DNA of 34,178 nt from a virus (taxonomy: Duplodnaviria; Caudoviricetes): positions 1 through 34,178 of the IMG/VR virus record IMGVR_UViG_3300044724_000572; one strand, written 5' to 3'. Of this stretch, positions 16,177 to 23,243 are shown in pieces (position 1 is the first letter of the stretch; the number at the start of each line of letters is the position of its first letter). The translations under genes were made by a program, and so were the position numbers. The notes beneath the pieces were generated by a model that was given only the letters and a program-made list of their open reading frames with translations, had not been told where the DNA came from and ran no database searches.

Positions 16177-16940
16177 AATACGATCCAGAGGCACTTACCC
16201 GTCACGTTCTTGATTGCGCACAGCAAGGTATGTCTCAGATTGAGACGGCAGAATTACTGCGGGTGTCACCGTCAACAATACATCGCATTTGTTCGGCTGC
16301 GAACATAAAACTTGAAAGGAAGAAACGTGAATACGGACCAAACTCAGATTATTATAAAAAGGCTGGAGCGGATCAACAGCATAATGCTGACGGAGGCGAA
16401 GACGGCGATGAGGCCAAACTTGAAGCAGCGGCTGGAAGAGCAGCAAGCGCTAATCGACGTGCTAAAGCGCGAGATGCAAAAGACGCAGCAGAGCGATTGA
16501 GGGCCAAGCTGGAGGGTGTGACCGATAAGCATGAGCGCTTTGAGATCACATACGCGCACTGCATCTGGGAGTTTGAAACGCTCATGTATCGCCAGCGCAA
16601 ACGTGAGGCCCTACCATCTGGCCCGCGCAGGCCGACAACTGTGGCCCCATCTATGCAGCGCGCAGCTGAGGCCAGCAAACAGCACAGCATTGAACAAGGC
16701 AAGCGCCTGTTTGCTTTGATCCCGTATGACCAGCGCATTACGGCAGCAGAGGCCGCTGAGCTGCTGGGAGACAGTGTGCCGCGCACGTCAAGCTATCTCA
16801 AGAAAATGTGGGAGGCGAACAAGGTTTACCGCGTGCGAGACTTTGTTGAAGTGCCGGGCTATACCAAGCGGCAGTGGCGCTGGGTGTTTAGCAAGCAACC
16901 TATTCAGCCGTTGAACAACTGTTTTGAGGATGATGATTGA
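16173..16940 (+). CDS. DNA-binding protein with N-terminal HTH and C-terminal winged HTH
   Basis: GMSQIETAELLRVSPSTIHR and ITAAEAAELLG....RTSSYLKKMWEANKVYR; GGAGG RBS. Confidence 0.8.
   Translation: MKYDPEALTRHVLDCAQQGMSQIETAELLRVSPSTIHRICSAANIKLERKKREYGPNSDYYKKAGADQQHNADGGEDGDEAKLEAAAGRAASANRRAKARDAKDAAERLRAKLEGVTDKHERFEITYAHCIWEFETLMYRQRKREALPSGPRRPTTVAPSMQRAAEASKQHSIEQGKRLFALIPYDQRITAAEAAELLGDSVPRTSSYLKKMWEANKVYRVRDFVEVPGYTKRQWRWVFSKQPIQPLNNCFEDDD
16327..16500 (+). CDS. Candidate nested +1-frame coiled-coil protein (57 aa)
   Basis: AAGGA 6 nt before GTG 16327; amphipathic helical sequence overlying a low-complexity linker of the outer ORF. Confidence 0.5.
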   Translation: MNTDQTQIIIKRLERINSIMLTEAKTAMRPNLKQRLEEQQALIDVLKREMQKTQQSD

Positions 16941-17050
16941 TGGACGACAAAGAACTTGAGCGCATGATAAACGCAGCGGGTCTGATCGGAGCCATCTTTG
17001 GCTTCGCAAGCGGCGCTGGCTTAATGATGCTGGTCGCAATTATATTTTGA
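16940..17050 (+). CDS. 36-aa membrane peptide
   Basis: MDDKELERMINAAGLIGAIFGFASGAGLMMLVAIIF; TGATG overlap; GAGGA RBS. Confidence 0.7.
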   Translation: MDDKELERMINAAGLIGAIFGFASGAGLMMLVAIIF

Positions 17051-17134
17051 AGTCGTGTGGGTGGCGTGATGCTGGCACATTCGGTAACGCAAAACCAATA
17101 AACAACGGTTACGGTTGAGCCACCCACTCAGACT
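17051..17134 (-). ncRNA. Candidate structured RNA at the convergence of early and late units
   Basis: Stem GTGGGTGGC (17057-17065)/GCCACCCAC (17119-17127), outer AGTC/GACT, inner GTAAC/GTTAC; weak - strand promoter TTGTGA N17 TAGAAA (17162-17134). Confidence 0.4.
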
Positions 17135-17166
17135 TTCTAATCAAAGCCGCGCCCGGTCACAAGCGA

Positions 17167-17550
17167 TTATTTGAAGCTGTCGAATGTTTTTTGCATCGAC
17201 TGCTTTTCATCCATAAATTCCTCTGGCGAAATATATGTTGTCACAGAGGTCAGCTCATCGCCCCGGCGGAAGATCACAGCGCCCAAATCAATGGATACAA
17301 ACGCAAACACGTCTGACACATCGACGTTCTTTTTGGGTGTGTGAAATGCGTATCTATTGCTGGTCTTGTGCGTCTTGCTGGCCGTCTTCACCTGCAAGGT
17401 CAACGTCTGTGTATCCGTTTGTATATACGCATCGTGATCTTTAATCTGGCAGAGCGTGCAGATGTAGCCAGCCAACGATAAGTAGGCGAGGGCCAAATGC
17501 TCTCCGGCCCTACCTACCGCCGCGCTTGCTTTTTGGTCTTGCTTCGCCAC
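17167..17550 (-). CDS. PD-(D/E)XK endonuclease (QVK type)
   Basis: GRAGEHLA...L...GY, D, LQVKT, D.FAFV; GTG start. Confidence 0.78.
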   Translation of the reverse strand: MAKQDQKASAAVGRAGEHLALAYLSLAGYICTLCQIKDHDAYIQTDTQTLTLQVKTASKTHKTSNRYAFHTPKKNVDVSDVFAFVSIDLGAVIFRRGDELTSVTTYISPEEFMDEKQSMQKTFDSFK

Positions 17551-17568
17551 TTAGCTAACTTAGCTAAA

Positions 17569-18189
17569 CTAAGCCATGAGCCAAGTGTGGATTTTTTTGC
17601 TCTGGTTGCTTCGATCATCCAAGCCATGATAGCCGCCGTTCACACGGCGAGTGATGCGCTTGATGGCGTCATCCGTCACGCCTTCGTCGGCAATGGTAAA
17701 CAATCCATTCTTGTTGAAGAACCACAGCGCAGTCTCAAAGGCATATTCGTCAGCCACCAAGTCCGGGTCAGTCATAACCTTCGGCACGCCCATGTCAGAC
17801 GCAAACGCCCGATAATTATTCCGCCCGGTCAACTGAAGAAACCCCCGACCAATGTACAAGCTGGCCTGCGCCTCATTCTCATTGCCCATGCGGCCAGCGT
17901 AGACCTTGCCAGCAAGACCATTCGGATTCTTAGCATAAGGCTCTGCATCCTCAACGGTTGGAAAGCGAGAAGGCCAGACAGCTTGGATGCGCTCTGGCGT
18001 GCTGTAGTACAGGCTCTCACGGGTGCGCTTGAAGCCGCCACTCTCGTGCGATGCTTGCCCCATCAAGTGAGCGCCGCGCGCCGGGGATAGGTTGAAGTGT
18101 TTTGCGATTGCTCGCGCTGTATTTGGCCCAAACTCGCCATCAGCTTTTGCGCCGATTTTAGCTTGGAGCGTTGCCATTGCCTTGCTCAT
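17569..18189 (-). CDS. Endolysin, glycoside hydrolase family 19, with short N-terminal peptidoglycan-binding-like segment
   Basis: Q..HESGGF...E.L.YS, Y.GRG.LQLTGRNNY, ITRRVNGG..GLDDR; N-terminal ADGEFGPNT. Confidence 0.93.
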   Translation of the reverse strand: MSKAMATLQAKIGAKADGEFGPNTARAIAKHFNLSPARGAHLMGQASHESGGFKRTRESLYYSTPERIQAVWPSRFPTVEDAEPYAKNPNGLAGKVYAGRMGNENEAQASLYIGRGFLQLTGRNNYRAFASDMGVPKVMTDPDLVADEYAFETALWFFNKNGLFTIADEGVTDDAIKRITRRVNGGYHGLDDRSNQSKKIHTWLMA

Positions 18190-18335
18190 TTTTTAGCCTT
18201 TTTCTTTGCTGTCTTGGCAGCCGCTTTAAATGCACTGGCCGTTGGCGCTCCCTTAGTGCCGGGCTTGCGCATTTTCTCTCCGCTTCCGGCTTTAATGCGC
18301 GCACGCTTTTTTGCGATGTTTGAATACAGTCCCAT
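18186..18335 (-). CDS. 49-aa Lys/Ala-rich basic protein (absent from track)
   Basis: MGLYSNIAKKRARIKAGSGEKMRKPGTKGAPTASAFKAAAKTAKKKAKK; GAGGA RBS; ATGA overlap with the endolysin. Confidence 0.8.
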   Translation of the reverse strand: MGLYSNIAKKRARIKAGSGEKMRKPGTKGAPTASAFKAAAKTAKKKAKK

Positions 18336-18339
18336 TTCA

Positions 18340-18600
18340 TCAAGTCCTCTTCGATTTAGTGCCGCTGCATTTCCAGCGCTTGCGTGAAAGATTTAGCGGG
18401 CTGTTTGGATCAGCCGCAGCCTTGGGAAACTTTTTCTTTTGCGCGGCAGAACGTGCGCAATACGCATCGCCCTTGGATGTGCCGGGCTTGACCCGTGGGC
18501 CGCCACCCTTCGCCTTGCCCGCCTGACCGTAGCTGACCTTCTTTCCAGACGCCGTTACCTTGACGCGCGCCTTACCTTTTGCTGGTGTGGCTCTACTCAT
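18340..18600 (-). CDS. 86-aa basic protein (YCARS motif)
   Basis: KKVSYGQAG...GT.KGDAYCARS...DPNSP..LSRKRWKC; start MSRATP with GGAG RBS. Confidence 0.8.
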   Translation of the reverse strand: MSRATPAKGKARVKVTASGKKVSYGQAGKAKGGGPRVKPGTSKGDAYCARSAAQKKKFPKAAADPNSPLNLSRKRWKCSGTKSKRT

Positions 18601-18785
18601 GTGTTTTCTCCAACTTTGAAGCAATACGGCCTAACTGAAAAACCTTTGTCAACTAACTCCAAAGCAAAGTTCATCGCGTCGGCTTGGCACTCGGCCTCTG
18701 TGTACCATATATTTTTTAAGTTTGCGACCACCGCACAGGACTGCGCTTGTAGCGTTGAGCATACGAGTAAGGCCGCGAGAAACAT
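18597..18785 (-). CDS. 62-aa Cys-containing protein with hydrophobic N-terminus
   Basis: Start moved to ATG 18785 (TAATG overlap): MFLAALLVCS...C...EAECQ...YCFKV. Confidence 0.7.
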   Translation of the reverse strand: MFLAALLVCSTLQAQSCAVVANLKNIWYTEAECQADAMNFALELVDKGFSVRPYCFKVGENT

Positions 18786-19129
18786 TACTTCTTTAACCCC
18801 TTCACTGTGCGTATGCCAAAGCTCGCCGCAATGCTCGCATACATTGCCCACTGGAACCACTGCGGTGCAGCATCCAGATTGGCGAAACCTTGCGCCATGT
18901 AAGGCTGTATGCCCGGAATGAAGCTGCCCAGCACAATGGCGATGAAGGCCACTGTCCACGCCTCATCCTTCCACGAATTATTGCTGGCCTCAATGGCGGC
19001 TTGCTCCCAGCTAATCTCGCCAGTGGCGATTTTCATCTTGGTCTCAGCTTCCGCTTTCTTCACGGCAGTTTTGCCGTCAATGTAGCTTGCCGCAAGGCCG
19101 CCAAGTGAACCGATTATCTGACCAATCAT
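18785..19129 (-). CDS. Putative holin (multi-TM)
   Basis: SWKDEAWT motif, three hydrophobic segments, ASFGIR and basic C-terminus; lysis block. Confidence 0.7.
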   Translation of the reverse strand: MIGQIIGSLGGLAASYIDGKTAVKKAEAETKMKIATGEISWEQAAIEASNNSWKDEAWTVAFIAIVLGSFIPGIQPYMAQGFANLDAAPQWFQWAMYASIAASFGIRTVKGLKK

Positions 19130-19377
19130 TGTCCCACCTCATACTCTACCTTAGAACTTGAACCAGTGCTGGTTACGCTCGTTTTGCTCTCCTTACCCAT
19201 CCAGATGCCAAAGCAGCCTGTAAGCGCCCCCATGCAGACGCTGACAAGCCCTGACTGGGCAACGCTGGGATCATCTAGGCTCATAAACCAATGCACCGCC
19301 TGATAGGTCAGCACAGTAACCGCCAGCATCATCAAACGCGGCAGAACTTTCCAGTCATCAAGTATCGTGTGTGCCAT
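19126..19377 (-). CDS. Two-TM membrane protein, holin-like
   Basis: LDDWKVLPRLMM..., WFM.L..P...Q.GLVS..GA.TG.FG.W. Confidence 0.7.
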   Translation of the reverse strand: MAHTILDDWKVLPRLMMLAVTVLTYQAVHWFMSLDDPSVAQSGLVSVCMGALTGCFGIWMGKESKTSVTSTGSSSKVEYEVGQ

Positions 19378-19378
19378 T

Positions 19379-19543
19379 CTATTTACCTTTCGTAATTTTC
19401 AAGCACTGCAAATATTCATTATTCTTCGTCACCAGAACAGACGCCCTGCGCAGCTCATCCGTGCAGTCCTTTTCAGAGCCATACTGCCCGACCTCGAAGT
19501 GAATGACGCTTGTAGAAAGCTGAAACCAAATCAAGACCCACAT
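19379..19543 (-). CDS. 54-aa protein with Cys pair
   Basis: Start ATG 19543 (TAATG overlap, GAGG RBS): MWVLIWFQL...GQY.SEKDC...LQCLK. Confidence 0.7.
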   Translation of the reverse strand: MWVLIWFQLSTSVIHFEVGQYGSEKDCTDELRRASVLVTKNNEYLQCLKITKGK

Positions 19544-20016
19544 TATTTCACCTCTTCGGCAAGCAACGCTGCGACCCATATCAATCCGCCGCTGCCGACT
19601 GCAAAAACTATGCAGGCTATCGCAATCGTAATGAAGTAAAAGATGCGGTCACGCTTTGCAGCCTGTTCCTCCAGAGCTTTCTTCTGCCTTGCTCTAGCTG
19701 CGCCCATTTCGCGTTGCACTGTCTCCCACATGCCCGGTGGTCCATACAAGCGACAATGGCTGCGGAGCGTATCCATTGCCTCTTTGTGCTTCATTTTCGC
19801 GTTTGCAATTGCGAAGCCCTCTTCCTCGGTAGAGGTAAGCCTCCCGAGCGGGCCTTTGTGTCGGCCCTTTTCCGCTAAATTTATATCAGCTTCTAGCTTT
19901 GCCAGCTTGCCAAACTGAGGAAGTATTGACCCAACGTCCTTCCCAGCCTGCACAGCAGAGCTAATGCTTCCAGATATTGTGCTAACAGCACTTGCGAGGG
20001 CTAAAACTTCAATCAT
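19543..20016 (-). CDS. 157-aa helical protein with C-terminal TM segment
   Basis: Coupled ORF; coiled region then IFYFITIAIACIVFAVG. Confidence 0.75.
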   Translation of the reverse strand: MIEVLALASAVSTISGSISSAVQAGKDVGSILPQFGKLAKLEADINLAEKGRHKGPLGRLTSTEEEGFAIANAKMKHKEAMDTLRSHCRLYGPPGMWETVQREMGAARARQKKALEEQAAKRDRIFYFITIAIACIVFAVGSGGLIWVAALLAEEVK

Positions 20017-20195
20017 GCTTCTGCAAACCTCACTGGGCAGACGTAATGCGACGGCACGCTATACTTGCGATCATACCACTGCACCTTTGTTATCTTCTCA
20101 CTGCCGCAGTTGTAGTAACACGACTTCACCAGAACATTGCCTACACCCTGCACCCATGCGTGTCCGAAGCCCACAAAGACCAGAGCGCAAAGCAA
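20013..20195 (-). CDS. 60-aa Cys-rich protein
   Basis: TTG start after GGAGAG; C.Y.C...CP pattern; ATGA overlap. Confidence 0.6.
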   Translation of the reverse strand: MLCALVFVGFGHAWVQGVGNVLVKSCYYNCGSEKITKVQWYDRKYSVPSHYVCPVRFAEA

Positions 20196-20196
20196 T

Positions 20197-20430
20197 TTAT
20201 CTCTCCATCAATCTGTCAATTTTCTCCTCAAGCCGATCAAACTTACTCATAATCTGCAAGAGAACTTGATTGCTGTCAGTCTTGGTCACATACTCTTTCG
20301 CCATTTCCTCACGGCTGCGATTAAGTAAAATGCGGAGGCGATCCAGCTCTTCCCGCTGCGTCTTCAGCCACCAGCCAAGTCCGCCGATGACAACCGCAAA
20401 AAGTATATTCAAGATCGCGTCCATTTCCAT
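20197..20430 (-). CDS. 77-aa N-terminal TM plus coiled-coil protein
   Basis: ILNILFAVVIGGLGWWL, TREE-like/YVTK and DRLE.KID.L motifs. Confidence 0.8.
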   Translation of the reverse strand: MEMDAILNILFAVVIGGLGWWLKTQREELDRLRILLNRSREEMAKEYVTKTDSNQVLLQIMSKFDRLEEKIDRLMER

Positions 20431-20431
20431 T

Positions 20432-20737
20432 TTAGTAACTGCCTTCCCAGACCCGAAGGGCGCTAAATTCGCTGCTCATTAGCTTACGTTTTAACACATC
20501 TTTGACCGCTTGTGTATCGGTCCAAGCCACTCCAGCCTCTTTTAGCCACACATTGAGCAAAGCTAGGTCAACATTGCCGACGTGCTTGTAGTCGGAGGCA
20601 AAGCTGTTCTTCGTTACCTCACGGGCCTGTGCAGCGTCCTTGAGCATGTGTGATGCGTCAAAGGTCCGCTTTATAACCATGTTGTCATCGCTATCAAACG
20701 AGATATTTTCAGAAATCTTGGTTGATGTATTAATCAT
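20432..20737 (-). CDS. Conserved virion-region protein (101 aa)
   Basis: HVG.V......WLKE.G...L......LRVWEG motif, seen downstream of this capsid type. Confidence 0.75.
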   Translation of the reverse strand: MINTSTKISENISFDSDDNMVIKRTFDASHMLKDAAQAREVTKNSFASDYKHVGNVDLALLNVWLKEAGVAWTDTQAVKDVLKRKLMSSEFSALRVWEGSY

Positions 20738-20984
20738 TTACCCAAGCCTCGTTGATGTGGATGGTAGACGGATTGTCAGCGCGAAGAGTGCCGTTCTCGT
20801 TGCGAGCGCGTTTTCTCTTTGCTGGCGCTTTGGCTTTGGCCACTGGCTTTTCAGCCTCAAGCGCACCAGCGCGAATTTCGTTTATTGCTTTGATTTCGTC
20901 AGCGGGAAGGTCGATCACGTCGCCTTTGAAAAACTTGCCAGCAGATGTAAAAACATTTGCAACGGTTACTGTGGCTTTTGTCAT
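20730..20984 (-). CDS. 84-aa post-capsid protein
   Basis: GGAG RBS; C-terminal KRARN..G.L.AD.PST...NEAW motif. Confidence 0.75.
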   Translation of the reverse strand: MTKATVTVANVFTSAGKFFKGDVIDLPADEIKAINEIRAGALEAEKPVAKAKAPAKRKRARNENGTLRADNPSTIHINEAWVND

Positions 20985-21000
20985 TTTAGTCTCCGTTTAA

Positions 21001-21032
21001 AGTGAAAATGGGGGCAGTCTCCCGCCCCCATT
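21001..21032 (-). terminator. Intrinsic terminator after the major capsid gene
   Basis: AATGGGGGC-8 nt-GCCCCCATT stem followed by TTCACTTT on the - strand. Confidence 0.75.
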
Positions 21033-21040
21033 CTTGTAAT

Positions 21041-21988
21041 TTATGAAGTTGTACAGTCGGCAATGATGCCGTTCGCGGCTTCATTTTTTGCGCAGAGTGT
21101 GAGTTCTGTCACAACTTGTCTGGTGGTATTATCGCCGGTCTTGGCCAATGCCACGTTCTTCGTGCCACGCAGGGAAGCAACTTCCCACATGTTGTCTTGC
21201 ATGATGAACACGTCGCGCGAACGGTTTTCGCGGGATGGCATGAACTCTACAGTACCCCAAGGTGTGACGTACACAGCCAAGGATTTAACAACGCGCTCGT
21301 CGCCAGCTTGTACGCTGGAACGCTGGTTGTTGTTACCTGTGAAGCCCAGAGCTACATTCATTTGGAATGCAGACAGATACACTGTGTCAGGCTTACCACC
21401 AGCAACCCAGATTGACTGCATAACAGTGTCAAAGTTGGCTTGTGAGAAAGCAGCTTGTGTGCCGTCTGTGCGAGCGTCTGTACCGTCCCCGGTTGGGTCT
21501 GCACCACCGGAACCAGCTACGGTGTTTGTTGTCAACCAAGCTGGTGCGCCTGCAAGCTCACGAGCAACTGAAGAAGAGCCAGCTGCACGAGCATTGTTGT
21601 CGAAAAGTGCTTTTTCGATGTCCAATTTTTGCTCTTTGGCGATTTTCAAGGTTTGATATGCGATCTCTTTTGCGCGACCTGCATTATCAACATTATCGTC
21701 GGAGTCGGATACCACGACCGCATTTTTGAAAATTTGCGTGTAATTTCCGAGCCTTGTGGTCGCTGTGCGAGCCTCGGCAGTGGTTGCGTCACCCTCGATG
21801 TGAGCGTTGGCGGCAGAAGCGCGGAGGCTGTCTGTCTGCCACTCTACGAAAGTGTTGCGTGCGGCCTTTTTAGCAGACTTGCTGTAAAAGGGTGTTTCCT
21901 CTGGCGAAATGTTGTGGATAACATCGCTGAGGTCTTCACGGATGCCTACGGAATCATAGGTATCAAATGTGTTGGTTGGCTGTGCCAT
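21041..21988 (-). CDS. Major capsid protein (DUF5309/SU10-like)
   Basis: GIREDLSDVI.NISPEETPF, EWQTDSL, NA.IEGD, N.TQIF, LAKTGD, E.TL...NE.A.G. Confidence 0.95.
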   Translation of the reverse strand: MAQPTNTFDTYDSVGIREDLSDVIHNISPEETPFYSKSAKKAARNTFVEWQTDSLRASAANAHIEGDATTAEARTATTRLGNYTQIFKNAVVVSDSDDNVDNAGRAKEIAYQTLKIAKEQKLDIEKALFDNNARAAGSSSVARELAGAPAWLTTNTVAGSGGADPTGDGTDARTDGTQAAFSQANFDTVMQSIWVAGGKPDTVYLSAFQMNVALGFTGNNNQRSSVQAGDERVVKSLAVYVTPWGTVEFMPSRENRSRDVFIMQDNMWEVASLRGTKNVALAKTGDNTTRQVVTELTLCAKNEAANGIIADCTTS

Positions 21989-22008
21989 TAGTGTGTCCTT
22001 TCAAAGAC

Positions 22009-22995
22009 TTACTGATTTAAGATCAAGCTCAATGCGTCGTCGATTGAGCCAGTTTTCTGCAAGCGCGACTGCGCTTTTTTACGAGTTGCAACATTTCCGT
22101 CTTGCCGCTTTTTCGCACCAGCTTTCACCACTGGCCGGGCTTTCTCACCTTTGGCCTGTGTTGATTTGCGCTTGGCCACCAGTGCGCGGTACTTGCGGGC
22201 GTCATTCAGCGCTCGCACATAACGTGCATCTGACACGGCAGCCATTTCGTCTGCCGTAAAGCCATATTCCATGCCAACATTAACCAGCTCACCCTTCAAT
22301 CGCTCACCCTTTTCTGGGTCAGCCATCTCTGGGATGTGTTGCTTCAAGATTTCAGCCTGCTCTTGCAGATACGACTGGTGCGCCTGCGTCTGCCGCTGAG
22401 CTTGTTGCTGCTGCATTTGTTGCATTTGGAATAAGTTTTGGTCGTACTGTGCCTTACTCTCGTCATACTTGAGTTTCTCTTCCATGTACCCGATTGGGTC
22501 ACTTTCAAACAACTCGCGTGTTGGCGGGGTTGGGGCTTGCAGTCCACCGTTTTGTGCTTGCTGGTGCAGCTGCAAAATTTGTTGCTGCTGCTGTTGCAAT
22601 ACGGCTGCCTGCTGCTGAATTTGCTTGCGCGCTTCAGCGGCTTCTTGGAACCGTTTATTAATTGCCGCTTGTCCCGCAGCAGATTGCTTTAACTGATCCA
22701 GTGTCCACATCTCTTCTTTTCCGTCAACTTTGACGGGGATGAGATTGGTGTCTTCAGCTTGTGCCTCTACTAGGTCTTCGTCGTCAATTTCGACATCATC
22801 AAGATCATCGCCTTGATCTTCGCTGGATGCCTCAACGTCATTTTGCTCTTCGTCTGCAACCTCAACTTCTTCAGACTGATCGTCATCAGGCTCAATCATT
22901 GCGTCCACAGCTGCGTCAAAATTATTGTCCTCAGAAGTTTCCTCTGAGGGTGCGAGTAGGCTATCTACTGCGTCTTCTAGGGTAGTCGATTCCAT
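22009..22995 (-). CDS. Capsid scaffolding protein
   Basis: Acidic N-terminus, VKVDG.E...TL..L motif, Gln-rich coiled coil, RL.KTGS.DDA C-terminus; directly before the capsid gene. Confidence 0.9.
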   Translation of the reverse strand: MESTTLEDAVDSLLAPSEETSEDNNFDAAVDAMIEPDDDQSEEVEVADEEQNDVEASSEDQGDDLDDVEIDDEDLVEAQAEDTNLIPVKVDGKEEMWTLDQLKQSAAGQAAINKRFQEAAEARKQIQQQAAVLQQQQQQILQLHQQAQNGGLQAPTPPTRELFESDPIGYMEEKLKYDESKAQYDQNLFQMQQMQQQQAQRQTQAHQSYLQEQAEILKQHIPEMADPEKGERLKGELVNVGMEYGFTADEMAAVSDARYVRALNDARKYRALVAKRKSTQAKGEKARPVVKAGAKKRQDGNVATRKKAQSRLQKTGSIDDALSLILNQ

Positions 22996-23000
22996 CGGTG

Positions 23001-23243
23001 CTACGTCCTTTGCTTGCGATCCAAAAGCGTCTCTGCTGCAAGTGCAGCGTCAAGGGTCACTTCGATCTGGTTAAGCGCACGGATTATCGCGTGAGCCTCT
23101 TCACGGGCAGCCACGTCAGCTGCCCCACTGCTCGCAAAAACCTGCATTTGGTTTTCGCGCACACTCTGCATAAACTGCTTAAATGCAGTGTCGTTTTTCA
23201 AACGGCGGGCCTCGTCGGCCTCTATGCGTATTTCTGTTGTCAT
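23001..23243 (-). CDS. 80-aa helical protein between portal and scaffold
   Basis: Conserved position; A..L.ND..F...REEAH motif; ATGA overlap. Confidence 0.8.
   Translation of the reverse strand: MTTEIRIEADEARRLKNDTAFKQFMQSVRENQMQVFASSGAADVAAREEAHAIIRALNQIEVTLDAALAAETLLDRKQRT

Noticed and set aside
17551-17567. Tandem TTAGCTAA palindromes
   Set aside because: Very short, between two genes; no support for function.
22380-22625. CAG/CAA-rich runs in the scaffold gene
   Set aside because: Explained by Gln-rich coiled-coil coding, not a DNA repeat element.
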